64,000 bases of DNA, taken from NCBI GenBank assembly GCA_039028615.1, contig JBCCHT010000005.1, positions 224,001 through 288,000 of the forward strand. Reading direction: 5' to 3'. The translations under genes and the position numbers were made by a program. Below the pieces are notes generated by a model, which saw only the letters and a program-made list of their open reading frames with translations, did not search any database and was not told where the DNA came from. This document shows, in pieces, positions 59,723-64,000 of the stretch (within the stretch, counting starts at the first letter, position 1; each line of letters starts with the position of its first letter). The stretch is from Myxococcota bacterium (GTDB lineage: Bacteria > Myxococcota_A > Polyangia > Nannocystales > Nannocystaceae).

Positions 59723-60778
59723 ATGCTCGAGTTTCGTCTGTGCCTTCTTGCGCCGCTGCTGTCCGTGCCTCTGCTCGCCTGTTCGGAGGATAACCAAGCC
59801 GCGAATACCGCCGCTGACTCTGATAGTGGTGACTCGGTCGCCACGGCTGCAGCAACGGCCGCAAGCACCGGCGCCTCACCAACTACGGCTGGGTCGACGA
59901 CCGGTGTGGTGCCCGACGATACCGACTCGGTGGACACCAGCGGCGATCCCGTCGACGAACCGGTCGATACCACTGCGACTATCCCCGACTTCGTATTCGA
60001 CCTTGGCGAGATCCCCGATGCTCCCGCTATCGATGAGGAGTGTGGTGAGGTCGATTTTCTGTTTGTCATCGACAACTCGGGCAGCATGGGCGACGAGCAG
60101 GCCAACCTCGTGGCCAATTTTCCCGCATTCATCGATGGGATCCAAAACAGCCTCGAAGACGTCGAGAGCTATCACGTGGGAGTGGTCACGACCGACGCGT
60201 ACTCGGACAACATCGCCGGCTGCCGACAATTGAGTTCGTTGGTGGTACAGACCGGCGGATCCAGTTCCAGCAACGCTATGTGTGGTCCCTATTTCGAGGG
60301 CAACAACTACATGACGGAGATGGACGATCTCGCTACGGCGTTCAGCTGTGCGGCGCAGATCGGTACCTCCGGCGACGCAACCGAGCGTGCCATGCAGGCT
60401 GTCGTCGAGACGGTCACGGGGGTGGAAGCCGACCCCGGTGAGTGTAACTTCGGGTTCCTACGCGAAGAGGCCTTGCTCGTCATCGTGATCATCACTGATG
60501 AGCCCGATAACACGTCCCTCGGTACGCCGATGACCTGGTTCGATGATGTCGTAGCAGCCAAGGCCGGTATCTCCGAGAACATCGTGGTGCTATCTTTGGT
60601 CAACACGCCCGGAGGGGCATGTCCTGGTGGCGACGCGAACAACATGGCCGCGTTCACCATGATGTTCGGGGACAATGACTTTATGGCCGACATCTGTGCG
60701 CCCGATTTCATGCCGGTATTCAACGAGGCGATCGGCGTCATCGACGTTGCTTGCGAGAACTTCATTCCGCCCAACTAG
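59723..60778 (+). CDS. vWA-like lipoprotein
   Basis: Lipobox LLAC; VDFLFVIDNSGSM, GVVTTD, IITDEPD. Confidence 0.85.
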   Translation: MLEFRLCLLAPLLSVPLLACSEDNQAANTAADSDSGDSVATAAATAASTGASPTTAGSTTGVVPDDTDSVDTSGDPVDEPVDTTATIPDFVFDLGEIPDAPAIDEECGEVDFLFVIDNSGSMGDEQANLVANFPAFIDGIQNSLEDVESYHVGVVTTDAYSDNIAGCRQLSSLVVQTGGSSSSNAMCGPYFEGNNYMTEMDDLATAFSCAAQIGTSGDATERAMQAVVETVTGVEADPGECNFGFLREEALLVIVIITDEPDNTSLGTPMTWFDDVVAAKAGISENIVVLSLVNTPGGACPGGDANNMAAFTMMFGDNDFMADICAPDFMPVFNEAIGVIDVACENFIPPN

Positions 60779-61438
60779 CGCCGAGCTCGAGATCTGTTTT
60801 GCCGGCGACCGGTGCCCAACCAAGTACGGCGTACGACGACTGCATCTTTGTCGATGTAGTCCTCCGGCGAAGCAGCAGCCTCGCCGGGGGATTGAAGGCC
60901 TGCGACGGAGTCGCACGGGCTGTTTCGAGGTCTTCGGCCGTGGGGCGCTTTTTCGACACTGTTTGCGCAGAACGATGTTCGGGGGGGGCGCAGCCGAGGA
61001 AAATGAAGAATCTTCGTCGGTCTGCGTAATCGGCCTCGGCACCGTGACTCTACGTTCACGATGACGAGACGTGCGTAGCGTTGGCACTTGCTGGTTCTGA
61101 AGCCCTCCAGCGCAAGCGAAAACCCCAATATTTCGTTGTGGCAACGTGCCGACCCTGCGGCGCAAAAGGTGCGACCGAGCCGAGTAAAACCACGAGCAAA
61201 CTTGGGCCCATCTCAGTCTCCGGGCTCGGCGAACGGATCCACAGCGACACGGGCGAGCTGATGCGGTCTTCAGGGCAGAGGGGCGGCCACTCGGTGATGG
61301 CGCCGACAACCCCTTCGCGGGTTGTACTCGGGCCAACAAAACCCGCCCGACTGGATTCCCGTGACGAGTCACGCGTGCCCATCCCGTCATCGGTCTTTTT
61401 CGCGAGACGTTTCAAAACAACTAAATAGAGACTCAACA

Positions 61439-62830
61439 ATGAAAAGAACCTCAATCTGCCCCCTCCTACTCTCTTTTGCCTGGCCTCTGATCGGATGTAC
61501 CGGAGAACCGCCCGACGGTAACGCCGACGACGGTGAGTCGGTGTCGACCGATTCGAGCGGTTCGACCGGAAACCCACTCGAAACCACGTCGACGGGCCCG
61601 GTGACCAGCGGGGAAAGCGACGGAACAGATAGCGATTCGGATGCCTCGTCTTCGGGCAATGCCGACTCGAGCAGCAGCGGAGGAGAAGATCCCCCCGAGC
61701 CCCCGCGGGAGCCGGGGGTGTTGCCCGACCCGCCGGAGAACTGCGCAGTCGACTTTCTGGAGTTCCCAATTGCTCAGGACTTCAGCTTCTTCGAACCGGA
61801 GGCCTTTTCGATCGGCACGGGAGCAGAGGTCGCCGTCCTTGGCACTCGGTTCGACGTGCAAGACTTCGCCAATATCATCACTTCATCCGAGGTTCTCTAT
61901 GGGACCTTTCAAGATGGGCCAATCTGGTCGCGGACGGTCCACGATGAAGACCAGACCGCGTTTCTGACGTCCATTGCCGTGTTGCCGTCGAGCGACGTCG
62001 CGTTGAGCTTCTCAACCCTCTTCACCAGCGAAGTCCAGGCGCTTCGCGGGTCTGACGGCGAGCTTCTCCTGAGGGAGGCGCCAGCGTACCTACGCGAGGT
62101 GGCTGCACTGCCCCGCGCGACTTCCTTCGCCGGAATAGCGGAGGGACTCTCGGCGGAGGGAGACTCTGACGGGGCGGTCGTTCGAATCGCGATGGATGGA
62201 AGCTGGGAAGGTGAAGGGTTTCCATTTGGCGGAGAAGATGAGGACGCGGGGATGTTCTTGCGACTCGACACCGACGGTCGGGGCATAGCGGTTGCGGCCA
62301 GTCGGACCTCGGGTTTCGGTTCAGAGGTCGGTTGGTGGTCGAACGACGTCGATTTCGCTCTGGGCGGGTCCCCGCTAACGCTTCCGAGCACATTTCATCC
62401 TGGCCCAGATTTCCTACGTGATGCGGCGTTCGATCCTGTGACGCGCGTCCTGTACGTGTTCGCAGAGACTTCCTACACCAGCGAATCCTACTTTGTCGCC
62501 GCCTACGATGAAGACCATCAACTTCTTTGGCAGGAAGCGTCACCGTGGTCACAACAAAGAGGCGTGGGAGTGGACGATGCTGGGCGCCCGTGGGCGGCCG
62601 GGCGTGACGAAACTACGGACTCGTTGAAGGTCTGGGCTTTGTCCAACGACGGTTTTTCGACGGTCTACGAGCAAGGTGATGGGAGCGGCGTGCTGGCCGA
62701 CGGCTTCGGTTTTCCTCAGTATCTCGAGGTTGGACCGTCAGGAAACATCTTTGTCATGTCACTCCAGCCTCCGCCAGACCCAAGCCAATTTGCAGAGACT
62801 CTCCAGGTTGCGCGAATCGACTGCGACTGA
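61439..62830 (+). CDS. Lipoprotein with Ser/Thr-rich linker and probable beta-propeller
   Basis: Lipobox LIGC; repeated beta-strand motifs. Confidence 0.7.
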   Translation: MKRTSICPLLLSFAWPLIGCTGEPPDGNADDGESVSTDSSGSTGNPLETTSTGPVTSGESDGTDSDSDASSSGNADSSSSGGEDPPEPPREPGVLPDPPENCAVDFLEFPIAQDFSFFEPEAFSIGTGAEVAVLGTRFDVQDFANIITSSEVLYGTFQDGPIWSRTVHDEDQTAFLTSIAVLPSSDVALSFSTLFTSEVQALRGSDGELLLREAPAYLREVAALPRATSFAGIAEGLSAEGDSDGAVVRIAMDGSWEGEGFPFGGEDEDAGMFLRLDTDGRGIAVAASRTSGFGSEVGWWSNDVDFALGGSPLTLPSTFHPGPDFLRDAAFDPVTRVLYVFAETSYTSESYFVAAYDEDHQLLWQEASPWSQQRGVGVDDAGRPWAAGRDETTDSLKVWALSNDGFSTVYEQGDGSGVLADGFGFPQYLEVGPSGNIFVMSLQPPPDPSQFAETLQVARIDCD

Positions 62831-62831
62831 G

Positions 62832-63273
62832 TCACTCGGGCTCGAGAACGCGAACACGGGTCGGCCCAGGTCTTGCGTGACGCCCTCCTCGCCAGGGCCG
62901 AGTGGTCCACCCCGCGTTGGCTCGTTCGGTGCGCATGTACTCCTGGGTCCTCCGCTTGCTGACGCGGATACCCAGCCTCAGCCGATCTCCGCAGATCCGC
63001 TCGGAACCCCACAATCGGCTTCGACTAGAAGCGGGTGCTCGTCGCCCGACCCACCAGGAACTCGCGATCGAGCTTGGTCAGCAGCAGGCGCTTCGTTCTG
63101 CGCTCGAGGACCACGAGTTGATGCCGGAGCAGCGCGTTCCCTGCGATCAATCCGTGGCGCGTTCGAGCCAGATCCACCAGCGCACCAGAGATACGGCGCG
63201 GCCGACTCAGCGCTCGTGCGAGCCCAAGCGCTCGGGTTGCTACGGCGCGCATGACTTCTCGAAGCCCGGCCAA
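62832..63273 (-). pseudogene. Integrase-core-domain transposase relic (frameshifted, internally deleted)
   Basis: DLARTR..LIAGNALLRHQL.VL.R and WGSERI.G..LRLGIRVSKR..Q.YM segments in different frames. Confidence 0.7.
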
Positions 63274-63301
63274 CCTCGGGGTATCCGAGCCTTGCCGTCG
63301 T

Positions 63302-63372
63302 CTATCGTCAACGAAGCGTGCAGCTTCTCGAAATCACTCGTGGATGAACGAGGTCGCCAGCACGCCTTGGTC
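63302..63372. repeat. Dispersed 72-bp element, copy 2
   Basis: About 85% identical to 15112-15183; lies just upstream of the integrase relic. Confidence 0.85.
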
Positions 63373-63609
63373 GTGCAGCGGCATCAGCAAGGGAATGGTG
63401 GAGGTGCCTTCGTGCTGCGGACACGTCGCGCATCGTAGGTGCGGCCGACGTACACCTGGAGCCGCGTGGCCATCTTGCGATTGGGCGTGGACAGGTGCTC
63501 CATGAGCACATGGACCAAGGCCGGCCGCTTGGATTGCCGCAGGGCGCCCGAGTCGAGGGATGTCGGTGTGTCGAGGCCGGAGGGCTGGGTCCGCACGGCG
63601 ATCGACCCG

Positions 63610-64000
63610 TCAGTCAGGATCGGCGGTGATGCGGTCCCAGTCGACCTGCGCCTCGCGAAGCCGATCGCCCAGGTGCTGAATGACCGCCTGCACGCGCCGC
63701 GGAAGCAGGCCACGATGCGGATACACGGCGTACACCCCGTAGCGCCCGGGGATCCGCCACTGCGGCAGCACGCGCACCAGCTCTCCGCGCTCGAGGTACT
63801 CGTCGGCGATGAACGGCGACAAGGCACCGACCCCCGCGCCGTATCGCACCGCCTGCAGCACGACGTCGGCATTGTCGGTGCTCAGCACCGAGCCCACGCG
63901 CAGCTCGAGGTGCTCCTCGCCGTGCATGAACTCCCACTGGTCCGCGCGGTTGCTCGCGTCGTAGAGCACCCAGTGGTCGATGAGGTCTTCGGGGTGCTGT
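63610..64000 (-). CDS. LysR family regulator (3' part; runs off the window)
   Basis: AVRYGAGVGAL..FIA..YL..GELVRVLP.W...VYAVYP.R..LP.RV substrate-binding domain end. Confidence 0.9.
   Translation of the reverse strand, partial: QHPEDLIDHWVLYDASNRADQWEFMHGEEHLELRVGSVLSTDNADVVLQAVRYGAGVGALSPFIADEYLERGELVRVLPQWRIPGRYGVYAVYPHRGLLPRRVQAVIQHLGDRLREAQVDWDRITADPD

Larger units (their letters stand above)
53161..63836. mobile_element. ~10.5-kb genomic island flanked by LysR 3'-end direct repeats
   Basis: Direct repeats, visibly lower GC, multiple IS relics. Confidence 0.75.

Noticed and set aside
60779..61438. Short ORFs between the two island lipoproteins
   Set aside because: No recognisable motif or codon bias; probably decayed sequence plus promoter.
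63373..63609. Possible gene remnant between the 72-bp element and LysR
   Set aside because: No recognisable family in any frame.
53163..63836. LysR repeat pair as a diversity-generating retroelement TR/VR
   Set aside because: Mismatches are synonymous and not adenine-specific. No reverse transcriptase is in the window, and the FGE/C-lectin-fold gene has no template repeat here.

Overview
High-GC DNA, very likely from a myxobacterium of Nannocystaceae type. This is inferred from the MYXO-CTERM tails, Cys-rich lipoproteins, vWA lipoproteins and a TPR Ser/Thr kinase. The 1-53 kb part is mostly core or semi-core genes: rlmE, a stand-alone rplC, tatD, holB, pspA, a UvrD/PcrA helicase, bioB, pdhABC, mqnB/mqnD and pduO. 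Interleaved are many exported or lipoprotein genes, a split His-Xaa-Ser-type radical SAM locus (hxsD-hxsB plus a second radical SAM gene) with no visible precursor, and a PilZ / FliA-like sigma / half-SctJ trio interrupted by a small insertion. The 53.2-63.8 kb part is a visibly lower-GC island bounded by a ~225-bp direct repeat of a LysR 3' end. It contains IS256, IS3, IS66 and integrase-core relics. It also carries the most striking gene in the window: a predicted lipoprotein whose C-terminal half has the R / S-x-S / E-x-E signature of cholera/pertussis-toxin-type ADP-ribosyltransferases. Other notable items are a 72-bp dispersed element at the edges of both insertions, a GGA/UCC-rich structured intergenic region (candidate sRNA) and an atypical CxCH haem-like motif. 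All assignments come from motif recognition by eye; no searches were run, and start codons are best guesses.
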